Notes under the pieces: model-generated
What the model saw: the letters and a program-made list of their open reading frames with translations, nothing else
Databases searched by the model: none
What the model was told of the DNA's origin: nothing
Position numbers and translations under genes: made by a program
IMG/VR virus record: IMGVR_UViG_3300020469_003050
Location: 1-64,000 of that record
Reading direction: 5' to 3' (one strand)
Source of the DNA: a virus
Length of the DNA: 64,000 nt
In this document: positions 42,365 through 49,542 of the stretch, piece by piece
Position numbering within the stretch: position 1 is the first letter of the stretch
How the letters are laid out: every line of letters starts with the position of its first letter

Positions 42365-43077
42365 TATAATCTTTCATCTATCCTATCAAAGTTATAATAA
42401 GCAATATGAGTGTCTAACGTAACGTCCCTACTAGGATCATTCTTTTCGAAGAAATAACCTTCTATACTTTTTATAAATCTATTCTCACTATCAGTTATAT
42501 CCCAATAGTCTTTCCAATGTTTACTTGTTGCAGTATGTACTGTTAAGTTTCTGTTAAATATCCATTGTCTAGCATCTTTAGTTTCTTCTTTAATATATTC
42601 ACGTGCAGTTTCTTCATCTTTGTAATGATTATGATACTTTGGATAAGTTATATCGAAGCCCCCTGCTCCGAACCAACCTCTGTAACAACTTTCAATTGGT
42701 CTGAATACAATCATTATTTTACTTTTAGGAAAAGTCTCTGCAATGAAATCTAAATTGTTAGATATCATATGTGATTTTACAATTCTATATTCAGTTGGCT
42801 TTTCTTCTTTCCAGGCTTTGTCTATTTCATTTAAGATTTCTTGTTTTGTAAACTTATTAATCTCATGCCAGCCTTCACCTAGTTCCATACCTGTACCGAA
42901 ATAACTTCCTAAGTGTTGTGCCTTATTAAACTTAGTTGGGTGAGTATATTCTCTATCTGCATTTCTATCAGTAGTATTGATGTTAATCTTTTTTGTCATA
43001 GACAATACATTACTGACTGCACTCCATTTACTTCCAGGAGCACCTGTGAAAAATATCAATTTACTTTCATCTACCAT
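42364..43077 (-). CDS. P-loop / sulfotransferase-fold protein, paralog B
   Basis: 237 aa. FTGAPGSKWS; IVKSHMISNNLDFIAETFPKSKIMIVFRPIESCYRGWF; GGFDITYPKY. Clearly homologous to 40590..41291. Confidence 0.5.
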   Translation of the reverse strand: MVDESKLIFFTGAPGSKWSAVSNVLSMTKKININTTDRNADREYTHPTKFNKAQHLGSYFGTGMELGEGWHEINKFTKQEILNEIDKAWKEEKPTEYRIVKSHMISNNLDFIAETFPKSKIMIVFRPIESCYRGWFGAGGFDITYPKYHNHYKDEETAREYIKEETKDARQWIFNRNLTVHTATSKHWKDYWDITDSENRFIKSIEGYFFEKNDPSRDVTLDTHIAYYNFDRIDERL

Positions 43078-43864
43078 CTAAAAATCTCTTTATTCTTCGC
43101 CATTTACTATATCTATTTGGCGAAATAGTTAATACGTTATCATGGCTATAAGATTCTCTATCCCAACTTCTTTCTGCAATAGGAGAGTATACATGTTCCC
43201 AATATTCATCATCGTATTTGTCCATGTACTTTGTTTTATATTTATCCCACGCCCATATATCTCTTACAGTAAAATCAGAACCTAACTCTTTTGATATAGT
43301 TTGCAGTTTTTTACCGTATACAGTATTCTCTCCTCCTACCCATTTCATTTTAACATGACCTGGGAATAGTGCAGTAGTTTCTGTATATCTTGAGGCGATA
43401 GTATAATCATCACCTATTAGATTTATTATCTTTGCTTTAGGAAATCTTTTATTTAATTTAATCGGGTGTTCATGTGTACAGAAAACTAATCTATTCTTCT
43501 TCATTAATTCTCGACCACCCATCTTTTCAAAACGTGGATAGAAGAATCTATTGTAATAATATTCTTCATCAGGTATAAAATCTTTTACGTAATCATGTAG
43601 TGGAGGTAAAGCACCTTTTGGTACTAATCTATCATAGTGATATTTACTTGCATATCTTTGTCTGATATCTGTATGTTTGAAATGAATGTTCCAAGGATTA
43701 ATTCCATTATCTTTATGACTATACCAATGTATATCAGGTAGACAAGATATTACACGACCTACTCTGTGTCCTTTGTTTCCTTGTTCAAATGATATGAATA
43801 TTAATCTACTACCGTCTAACACTCTTTCTTCCCATATAATAATAGTGACCATCTTCTTTTGCAA
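43067..43864 (-). CDS. divergent third member of the sulfotransferase-fold family
   Basis: 265 aa. LIFISFEQGNKGHRVG at the P-loop position. THEHPIKLNKRFPKAKIINLIGD aligns with the KSH...FPKSKI block of the two paralogs. Confidence 0.45.
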   Translation of the reverse strand: MQKKMVTIIIWEERVLDGSRLIFISFEQGNKGHRVGRVISCLPDIHWYSHKDNGINPWNIHFKHTDIRQRYASKYHYDRLVPKGALPPLHDYVKDFIPDEEYYYNRFFYPRFEKMGGRELMKKNRLVFCTHEHPIKLNKRFPKAKIINLIGDDYTIASRYTETTALFPGHVKMKWVGGENTVYGKKLQTISKELGSDFTVRDIWAWDKYKTKYMDKYDDEYWEHVYSPIAERSWDRESYSHDNVLTISPNRYSKWRRIKRFLDGR

Positions 43865-44519
43865 CTATGTCGCCTGTAGCAAACCAATCGTCATAAACAC
43901 ATATGTCACCTTTTACATATAGTTCACCATCGACAATCTTTGTATCACAATGAGTTTCACTACCCATTATTGTTTCTGTTGTCTGTACTTTTATACCAGG
44001 CACAAATGTTCTATTGATTGCAACTGGACCAACTTCTGTCATACCCCAATTAACAATAAAGATTGCACCTCTATCAATAAAGTTTTGTATAATGCCACTT
44101 TGTACTCTGTCACTGCCACACATAATGATTTTATCTTCTAAGTTTAGACTATCGAAACTCTTTGTCTTCATTATCGCTCTTGCCATATCAGGTGTTAAGT
44201 GACTGTGCGTAAAATCTTTTATCTTTCTTACCCAAGAAAATGCATTAAACTTTTCTACTTCAATTTCTGCATTGACTTCATAACCTGGTAATGTTTGTGC
44301 CAGTAATCCACCTGCATGTTTTAATGTACATACGGTTAATATCTTACTGTCCTTATCTATGCCTTGCACTTCTCTAGCAATAGCATTCGCATATCTTAAC
44401 TTTTCTGGTGGCTGAAAGATATTCTTAGGAGTACCTGTTGAACCACTACTTTGTAGTATACAGCCCTCCATAATCATATCATCAAATTCGTTTTTAGTTA
44501 TACTGTCTTCTAATTTCAT
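43809..44519 (-). CDS. minimal adenylate-forming (ANL superfamily) enzyme core
   Basis: 236 aa. Motifs in order: A3 SSGSTGTPKNI, A5 NWGMTEVGP, A7/A8 WFATGDIVAKEDGHYYYMGRKS. It lacks the usual N-terminal region of about 150 aa and the C-terminal subdomain. Confidence 0.75.
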   Translation of the reverse strand: MKLEDSITKNEFDDMIMEGCILQSSGSTGTPKNIFQPPEKLRYANAIAREVQGIDKDSKILTVCTLKHAGGLLAQTLPGYEVNAEIEVEKFNAFSWVRKIKDFTHSHLTPDMARAIMKTKSFDSLNLEDKIIMCGSDRVQSGIIQNFIDRGAIFIVNWGMTEVGPVAINRTFVPGIKVQTTETIMGSETHCDTKIVDGELYVKGDICVYDDWFATGDIVAKEDGHYYYMGRKSVRR

Positions 44520-45042
44520 TATATTTTTCTACGTTTAATATCCATGTGTTTTGATTAACACTAAAAATTTCACTTACACCTAAGTTCTTAACTAGGTCTA
44601 TCTTTTCTAAATGATAAAATGTTTTATCAATTCTATTCATCTTTCCACTTGCATCATGTTCAGTATTTGTAGTGATATAAATGAATAGGTTATCTAAATC
44701 TGTTTCTTTACTTGATGCATAATCTATTTGATATGGTAGCTGACTATGAAAGCAATAACTTTGCATGTGATGTCTATTCAACCCTATCTTTTTACTTTCA
44801 GTCTGTACACCTCTAAACAATGCTCTCCACCCATTAGCCCATGGATGTATTCCGCTGACACTAACCATACGTTCATCAACGTAGGTTGCATGCCACATAC
44901 CACCTTGTTCTAAACACCAATCAAACTTCATATCTTCCAATGTGCTATTATTGTTGAAGCCTTTTGCTTCACATGTTTTTAGAAAGTTTTCAAGTTCGGG
45001 TGTTACTATATGTAGTTCCTTAGTAATAATCATGCTTGACAA
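44494..45042 (-). CDS. hypothetical protein, first gene of the minus-strand operon
   Basis: 182-aa ORF. No motif I can name; acyltransferase-like size only. Confidence 0.6.
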   Translation of the reverse strand: MSSMIITKELHIVTPELENFLKTCEAKGFNNNSTLEDMKFDWCLEQGGMWHATYVDERMVSVSGIHPWANGWRALFRGVQTESKKIGLNRHHMQSYCFHSQLPYQIDYASSKETDLDNLFIYITTNTEHDASGKMNRIDKTFYHLEKIDLVKNLGVSEIFSVNQNTWILNVEKYNEIRRQYN

Positions 45043-45064
45043 TATATTTATATACTGATATTAT
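45036..45064 (+). promoter_or_regulatory. sigma70-type promoter with extended -10, driving tRNA-Gly/Ala
   Basis: TTGACA (45036-45041, overlapping the ATG of the minus-strand gene), 17 nt, TATTAT (45059-45064) preceded by TGa. Confidence 0.6.
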
Positions 45065-45088
45065 ACATGATAAATAATACGAAGTCAA
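45060..45088 (-). promoter_or_regulatory. sigma70-type promoter for the minus-strand operon
   Basis: On the minus strand: TTGACT (45088-45083), 17 nt, TATAAT (45065-45060). The -10 hexamers of the two divergent promoters share the palindromic TATTATA. Confidence 0.5.
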
Positions 45089-45095
45089 TAGAAAA

Positions 45096-45170
45096 GCGGG
45101 CGTAACTCAGTGGTAGAGTCCCTCGTTGCCAACGAGGTTGTCGTGAGTTCGAATCTCATCGCCCGCTCCA
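45096..45170 (+). tRNA. trnG: tRNA-Gly (anticodon GCC)
   Basis: Acceptor GCGGGCG/CGCCCGC. D arm ACTC-AGTGGTA-GAGT. Anticodon arm CCTCG-TTGCCAA-CGAGG. T loop TTCGAAT. Encoded TCCA. Confidence 0.9.
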
Positions 45171-45177
45171 TTTCTAA

Positions 45178-45253
45178 GGGGCATTAGCTCAGTTGGGAGA
45201 GCGCCTGATTTGCATTCAGGAGGTCGTGGGTTCGACTCCCTCATGCTCCACCA
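45178..45253 (+). tRNA. trnA: tRNA-Ala (anticodon UGC)
   Basis: Acceptor GGGGCAT/ATGCTCC with the G3:U70 Ala identity pair. Anticodon arm CCTGA-TTTGCAT-TCAGG. T loop TTCGACT. Encoded ACCA. Confidence 0.9.
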
Positions 45254-45273
45254 TAACATAAAAGGAGAGGAAT

Positions 45274-45468
45274 ATGGTATGGATACTCATATGGTTACAA
45301 TTAGCAGGAAATCAAAACATGGACTATTATCACATAGACACGTTTGATACATTAGATGCCTGTGTAGAAGAATTATCAACGGCCTCAGTCTTAGTTACTC
45401 ACAAAAATGCAACAATAGACTGTATTCCCGTAAAAACAACAAGAGAAGTAGAAATTCAAGTCAAATAA
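45274..45468 (+). CDS. small hypothetical protein between tRNA genes
   Basis: 64 aa. Strong RBS AAAGGAGAGG. Confidence 0.6.
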   Translation: MVWILIWLQLAGNQNMDYYHIDTFDTLDACVEELSTASVLVTHKNATIDCIPVKTTREVEIQVK

Positions 45469-45471
45469 GTA

Positions 45472-45501
45472 TTGACTTTTACTACTAAAGTATGATATAA
45501 T
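45472..45501 (+). promoter_or_regulatory. sigma70-type promoter with consensus extended -10
   Basis: TTGACT (45472-45477), 18 nt, TGaTATAAT (45493-45501). tRNA-Asp starts 27 nt downstream. Confidence 0.7.
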
Positions 45502-45527
45502 TTACTCTTAATAATCATTAGATTATT

Positions 45528-45604
45528 GGGGGTGTAGTTCAGTTGGTTAGAACGCTTGCCTGTCACGCAAGAGGCCGAGGGTTCGAGTCCCTTCACTCCC
45601 GCCA
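45528..45604 (+). tRNA. trnD: tRNA-Asp (anticodon GUC)
   Basis: Acceptor GGGGGTG/CACTCCC. D arm with GTTCAGTTGGTTAGAAC. Anticodon arm CTTGC-CTGTCAC-GCAAG. T arm GAGGG-TTCGAGT-CCCTT. Encoded GCCA. Confidence 0.9.
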
Positions 45605-45637
45605 AAAAATATAAGAAATGTCTAAGGAGGACAATTT

Positions 45638-47125
45638 ATGAACATAACATTAATGCTACTATTCATTGTAGCCGTAGGATTTGTAGCCTACAAGTCTAAA
45701 GGGGATAATTACTTTCTGACAACATCAGATAGCAATATGAACCTTGGGCTTTCTTATGGAGCAACGTTAATTTCAACGTCTGCTATCATAGGCTTTGGAG
45801 GTCTAGCTGGTTGGATTGGATTTTCTATTCCACTCACAATGATTATTCCATTTGTGGGTCTTATATATCTTGCGACTGTTTATATAGGTCCAAAGGTATA
45901 CAAAGCTAACAAGAAAATTAAAGCCAAAACGTATATTGAAATGATTGGTAAACATTATAACACACCAATGATTTCAAAATTACTAGCACTCATTACTGTG
46001 GGATTAATTCCATTCTATTGTGTTGCAGTTCTTATAGGTGTCGGTAAATTTATTACTGCATTTACAGGAATTGACTTTACTTTAGCAGTAGTTGGTTTTA
46101 GTATTCTAGTTTTTGGAACTATCGCATACGGTGGAATGAGTTCTGTACTTAAAAATGATATGGTACAAGGTGTCATTGTCATTGCAGGGTCACTTGTCGT
46201 ATTAGCAATCACAGTATTCGTGCATATGCAGGCTCCCGGTTTTTGGGATAACTTATCAGATGCATGGTTACTAGTACCAGAAGATGATGGATTGCGTAAA
46301 CTTAGTTTTACAGGATTTACTAGCTGGCCAGAGTTTTGGTCTAGAGGCTGGTTAATGATTACTACATTATTAGTATTCACTATTCCAGTAGGACTTATCA
46401 CTTTGCCTCAACTACAAACACGTTGGATGATGGCTAAAGATGAAAAGAGTTTTAAAACTATTGCAAATTGGGGTGTTATTATCCCAGGTCTAGCAATCAT
46501 AACGTTTATGTTAGCGGCAATCTCTGCCAACTCATATACGTTTGCTACAGAAGGTATGACAGTTGCACAAGCGGCTGGAGGAACTGCTAGTATTGTTCCT
46601 TATTGGATTAAGACAGGGTTCCCAGCATGGGTTTCTAGTGCTTTATTCTTAACTATTTTGGCGGCGGCGTTTACAACTCTTAATAGTTTGATGCATTTGT
46701 TATCAACAACAATAGCCAATGATATTATATCTACAAAGACACCAAGTCTTAAAGTAGCATATGGTTCGATGGTTGCAGTTATTTTACTAGCACTTTGGAT
46801 GACAATTCAATTCAATGGGCAAATGGCAATTATTGCACGTGCTACTGCATTATACTTTGGTATCATTGGTGCAAGTATGTTACCACTAGTCATTGGAATG
46901 GCAAGAGGACTATCTAATGGTCGTCATGCACTTGCAAGTTTTATTGGTGGTGCAGTAACAAGTATCGGTTGGGTACTATTCGTACACTTCAAAGAATCAA
47001 AGTTGTTCACTGGTATCACATATGATATTGGTGTGTATAACTTTGTTGAACCAATCGTTCCTGGTTTAATTGTATCTGGTGTAATCTTTATTGCACTAAC
47101 ATATATTAGACCAACAATCAAATAA
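45638..47125 (+). CDS. sodium:solute symporter (SSF) family-like polytopic transporter
   Basis: 495 aa, about 13 hydrophobic segments. The N-terminal region YFLTTSDSNMNLGLSYGATLISTSAIIGFGGLAGWIG resembles the SSF signature. RBS AAGGAGG. Confidence 0.7.
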   Translation: MNITLMLLFIVAVGFVAYKSKGDNYFLTTSDSNMNLGLSYGATLISTSAIIGFGGLAGWIGFSIPLTMIIPFVGLIYLATVYIGPKVYKANKKIKAKTYIEMIGKHYNTPMISKLLALITVGLIPFYCVAVLIGVGKFITAFTGIDFTLAVVGFSILVFGTIAYGGMSSVLKNDMVQGVIVIAGSLVVLAITVFVHMQAPGFWDNLSDAWLLVPEDDGLRKLSFTGFTSWPEFWSRGWLMITTLLVFTIPVGLITLPQLQTRWMMAKDEKSFKTIANWGVIIPGLAIITFMLAAISANSYTFATEGMTVAQAAGGTASIVPYWIKTGFPAWVSSALFLTILAAAFTTLNSLMHLLSTTIANDIISTKTPSLKVAYGSMVAVILLALWMTIQFNGQMAIIARATALYFGIIGASMLPLVIGMARGLSNGRHALASFIGGAVTSIGWVLFVHFKESKLFTGITYDIGVYNFVEPIVPGLIVSGVIFIALTYIRPTIK

Positions 47126-47132
47126 AGAAATG

Positions 47133-47160
47133 ATGCTCTCCTAGAAATAGGGGAGCATTT
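47133..47160 (+). terminator. hairpin terminator candidate after the transporter gene
   Basis: ATGCTCTCCTA-gaaa-TAGGGGAGCAT (11-bp stem with one G-U) followed by TT. Confidence 0.55.
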
Positions 47161-47197
47161 CCATATAAATACTATATTATCACTACACATAAAAGAT

Positions 47198-47578
47198 ATG
47201 GCATACAGTAAAAAAGTAATGGACCATTATAACAATCCACGTAATGTAGGTCGTTTCGATCCCAGTGTAGATAAAGTTGGAACTGGGATGGTAGGAGCGC
47301 CGGCATGTGGTGACGTAATGCGTTTACAGATACAAGTTGAAGACGGAGTTATAAAAGATGCTAAATTTAAAACTTATGGTTGCGGAAGTGCAATAGCAAG
47401 TTCAAGTTTAGTAACTGAAATGGTTAAGGGTAAGACATTGAAAGAGGCTCAAGAAATTAAAAACATGGACATAGTAGATGAGTTATCTTTACCTCCAGTA
47501 AAAATACATTGCAGTGTTTTAGCCGAAGATGCGATTAAATCCGCAATAGAAGATTTTAAAAGAAAGTACCACAGATAA
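47198..47578 (+). CDS. iscU: IscU Fe-S cluster scaffold
   Basis: 126 aa, collinear with bacterial IscU: VMDHYNNPRNVG, GAPACGDVMRLQI, KTYGCGSAIASSS, LPPVKIHCSVLAEDAIK. All three ligand Cys and the LPPVK HscA-binding motif are present. Confidence 0.95.
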   Translation: MAYSKKVMDHYNNPRNVGRFDPSVDKVGTGMVGAPACGDVMRLQIQVEDGVIKDAKFKTYGCGSAIASSSLVTEMVKGKTLKEAQEIKNMDIVDELSLPPVKIHCSVLAEDAIKSAIEDFKRKYHR

Positions 47579-48144
47579 TGTATATAAAGTATTATGAGAA
47601 CCCGTTCCCCCATGCAATTATAGATAACTTTTTACCTCAAGAGTTATACGATAGAATTAAGACAAACATGGAAACTTACCCAGGTGGTTTATCTGGGCTA
47701 CCAGAAACAGATGAAATAAGAAAACATTTTGGTAATGAGTTAGAAAAGATACGTAATACTTTACTTGAACAAGTACCAAATGCATCAGCAAAAGAAATGA
47801 CACCTAATGATTATATCATATGGGCAAATAGACAGTATCCACATGCTGAATATAAGAATCATAATGATTCTCCTTGGAAACGATTATCAACAGTATTATA
47901 TGTTGGTAAGTTCAATCAAGGTACAGTATTCCACGAAAGTAGTGATCCAAAAGCAAGAATTGTTGGAAACGTAGAATGGAAAGAAAATAGAGCAATGTCA
48001 TTTGTTCCATCTACATCTAGTCACCATTCATATGCAAATAAACGCAAACATTTCAGAGATACAGTACTAATAAACATGGGTTCTGTAAAAGACATAAAAA
48101 GAGAGAAAAATAGCAAGCCTTTTAGCACTATTTTGAACAAATAA
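47578..48144 (+). CDS. 2OG-Fe(II) oxygenase-family protein (tentative)
   Basis: 188 aa. The N-terminal ENPFPHAIIDNFLPQELYDRI is typical of this family. HND (HxD) is followed by a distal His (SSHHSY). Confidence 0.55.
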   Translation: MYIKYYENPFPHAIIDNFLPQELYDRIKTNMETYPGGLSGLPETDEIRKHFGNELEKIRNTLLEQVPNASAKEMTPNDYIIWANRQYPHAEYKNHNDSPWKRLSTVLYVGKFNQGTVFHESSDPKARIVGNVEWKENRAMSFVPSTSSHHSYANKRKHFRDTVLINMGSVKDIKREKNSKPFSTILNK

Positions 48145-48159
48145 ATCATACCTAAAAAC

Positions 48160-48187
48160 TTGACATATCTCCGAATCGTGTTATATT
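48160..48187 (+). promoter_or_regulatory. sigma70-type promoter with extended -10 (twin of 48882)
   Basis: AAAACTTGACATATCTCCGAATCGTGTTATATTA: TTGACA, 16 nt, TGtTATATT. Confidence 0.65.
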
Positions 48188-48211
48188 ATATACATGATGA
48201 AGGAGAAAGTT

Positions 48212-48682
48212 ATGAACAAATATGTTATCGAAACTGCTATCCGTGAAAACTATGCCGCTCATAATTCAGATTGGGACGGTGAGAGTTCTTATTGGAAGAA
48301 CAAAGGTGGTAGCACCTATGTTGTCGAAGCCAGCAGTTATGATGAGGCTTCATCTGTTATAGATTTAGTTACATCTTCAAACAATGCATACGAAGAAAAC
48401 TTCTTTGATTGTTATCAAGTTGATGGTAACTTTGAGTCAGAATTTGTAAAATCACAAAAAGAGTACGACCCAAAAGGTTGGGAAACATTATACCTTGATA
48501 ATGTTATTCGTAAGAATAGCAAAGGCGATTGGTATATGAAACGTGGTTATATCGTTGGTGGATTCCAGGAAGGAACAGAATATGAACATCTTATTGGTAA
48601 GTTTGTTGGTAATGTTGATAACCTTAGTACAGGCGAATGCGTCCTTAAAATTGAAGGCGATACCCGTACAAGTCTAGTTTAA
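48212..48682 (+). CDS. hypothetical protein
   Basis: ORF track start 48194 lies at the predicted transcription start. ATG 48212 follows AAGGAGA at proper spacing (MNKYVIETAI). Confidence 0.65.
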   Translation: MNKYVIETAIRENYAAHNSDWDGESSYWKNKGGSTYVVEASSYDEASSVIDLVTSSNNAYEENFFDCYQVDGNFESEFVKSQKEYDPKGWETLYLDNVIRKNSKGDWYMKRGYIVGGFQEGTEYEHLIGKFVGNVDNLSTGECVLKIEGDTRTSLV

Positions 48683-48695
48683 TATAGGAGATATA

Positions 48696-48878
48696 ATGAT
48701 TACATTTACGTTTAAAGCATATGGTAAGACTTTCAAAGCAAAAGCAGAGAAAGGTCTTGATGTTATGGAGAAAGCAAATAAAGAATTGCTTTGGTCTAAT
48801 CCTGTTTCAAAAGACGGTGCTTGGTTCGAAGAAGGCACGACAGGATATAAGTGGGTAGAAGGTAATTTTTTCGACTAA
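48696..48878 (+). CDS. small hypothetical protein
   Basis: 60 aa. RBS TAGGAG upstream. Confidence 0.55.
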   Translation: MITFTFKAYGKTFKAKAEKGLDVMEKANKELLWSNPVSKDGAWFEEGTTGYKWVEGNFFD

Positions 48879-48881
48879 AAC

Positions 48882-48909
48882 TTGACAATATCACGAATCG
48901 TGCTATATT
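48882..48909 (+). promoter_or_regulatory. sigma70-type promoter with extended -10 (twin of 48160)
   Basis: AAAACTTGACAATATCACGAATCGTGCTATATTA: TTGACA, 16 nt, TGcTATATT. Confidence 0.65.
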
Positions 48910-48941
48910 AGTTAAGTAATCAAGAGAAGGAGAGAATCATT

Positions 48942-49337
48942 ATGACACAGTTTGACAAAGAAAAATTTCATTATCACGGTGGATACTTAATGTATCACGG
49001 TACATATGAAGGTCAGCCTTCATATGAAGAAGTTTATGGCAAAGATAAAATTCATCCTTCACGTATTGGAATGCCAGTAGAACTATTCATTGCTCGTTTC
49101 AAGTACGTATTTTTTCAAGGTGCTTTTAAGAACTTCCTAGTTAAAAACTTCACAGTTGAAGAATTTGCTGAAGGTTACAAAGCTGGTAAGTCACCATTAG
49201 ACATGCTAGAGGCAAAAGGTTTTATGACTCCTCAAGCAAAGAAATTGTGTAAGCAAAACGGTATGAAGCCTACACAAGAGAACTATAAAATTTGCATTCG
49301 TGCTATGTCAGAAAAATATATAAACGAGGCCGCATAA
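48942..49337 (+). CDS. hypothetical protein
   Basis: 131 aa. RBS AAGGAGAG. Confidence 0.65.
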   Translation: MTQFDKEKFHYHGGYLMYHGTYEGQPSYEEVYGKDKIHPSRIGMPVELFIARFKYVFFQGAFKNFLVKNFTVEEFAEGYKAGKSPLDMLEAKGFMTPQAKKLCKQNGMKPTQENYKICIRAMSEKYINEAA

Positions 49338-49534
49338 TGATTAGAATTTTTAATAGTGCTTATTATAGCGATACTGGTGAAGAACGTCTAATACCAATGG
49401 ACGAGGCTAGTATCATAGAACAGAAAATAGATGCAAAGGGTCGTCCTTTTATATTCTTTGAGCATAAAGATTATCCGTTAGGTGGTCTACGTGCTTGGTT
49501 TGACGGCACTTATTGGCAGTGTGATTTAGACTAG
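49337..49534 (+). CDS. small hypothetical protein
   Basis: ORF track gives 49292..49534. ATG 49337 (MIRIFNSAY) forms a TAATG overlap with the upstream stop. Confidence 0.55.
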   Translation: MIRIFNSAYYSDTGEERLIPMDEASIIEQKIDAKGRPFIFFEHKDYPLGGLRAWFDGTYWQCDLD

Positions 49535-49542
49535 GAGGCGAT

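Noticed and set aside
43809-43864. Frameshift or sequencing error that would extend the mini-ANL ORF into the downstream 265-aa ORF
   Set aside because: The downstream frame (MQKKMVTIIIWEERVLDGSRLIF...) shows none of the ANL C-terminal subdomain motifs. It aligns instead with the sulfotransferase-fold paralogs. The overlap looks like ordinary translational coupling.
45096-45604. tRNA cluster as an integration site or boundary of a mobile element or prophage
   Set aside because: No integrase, transposase, recombinase or direct-repeat att-like duplication of tRNA 3' ends is visible. The tRNAs are complete and have their own promoters, consistent with ordinary phage tRNA genes.
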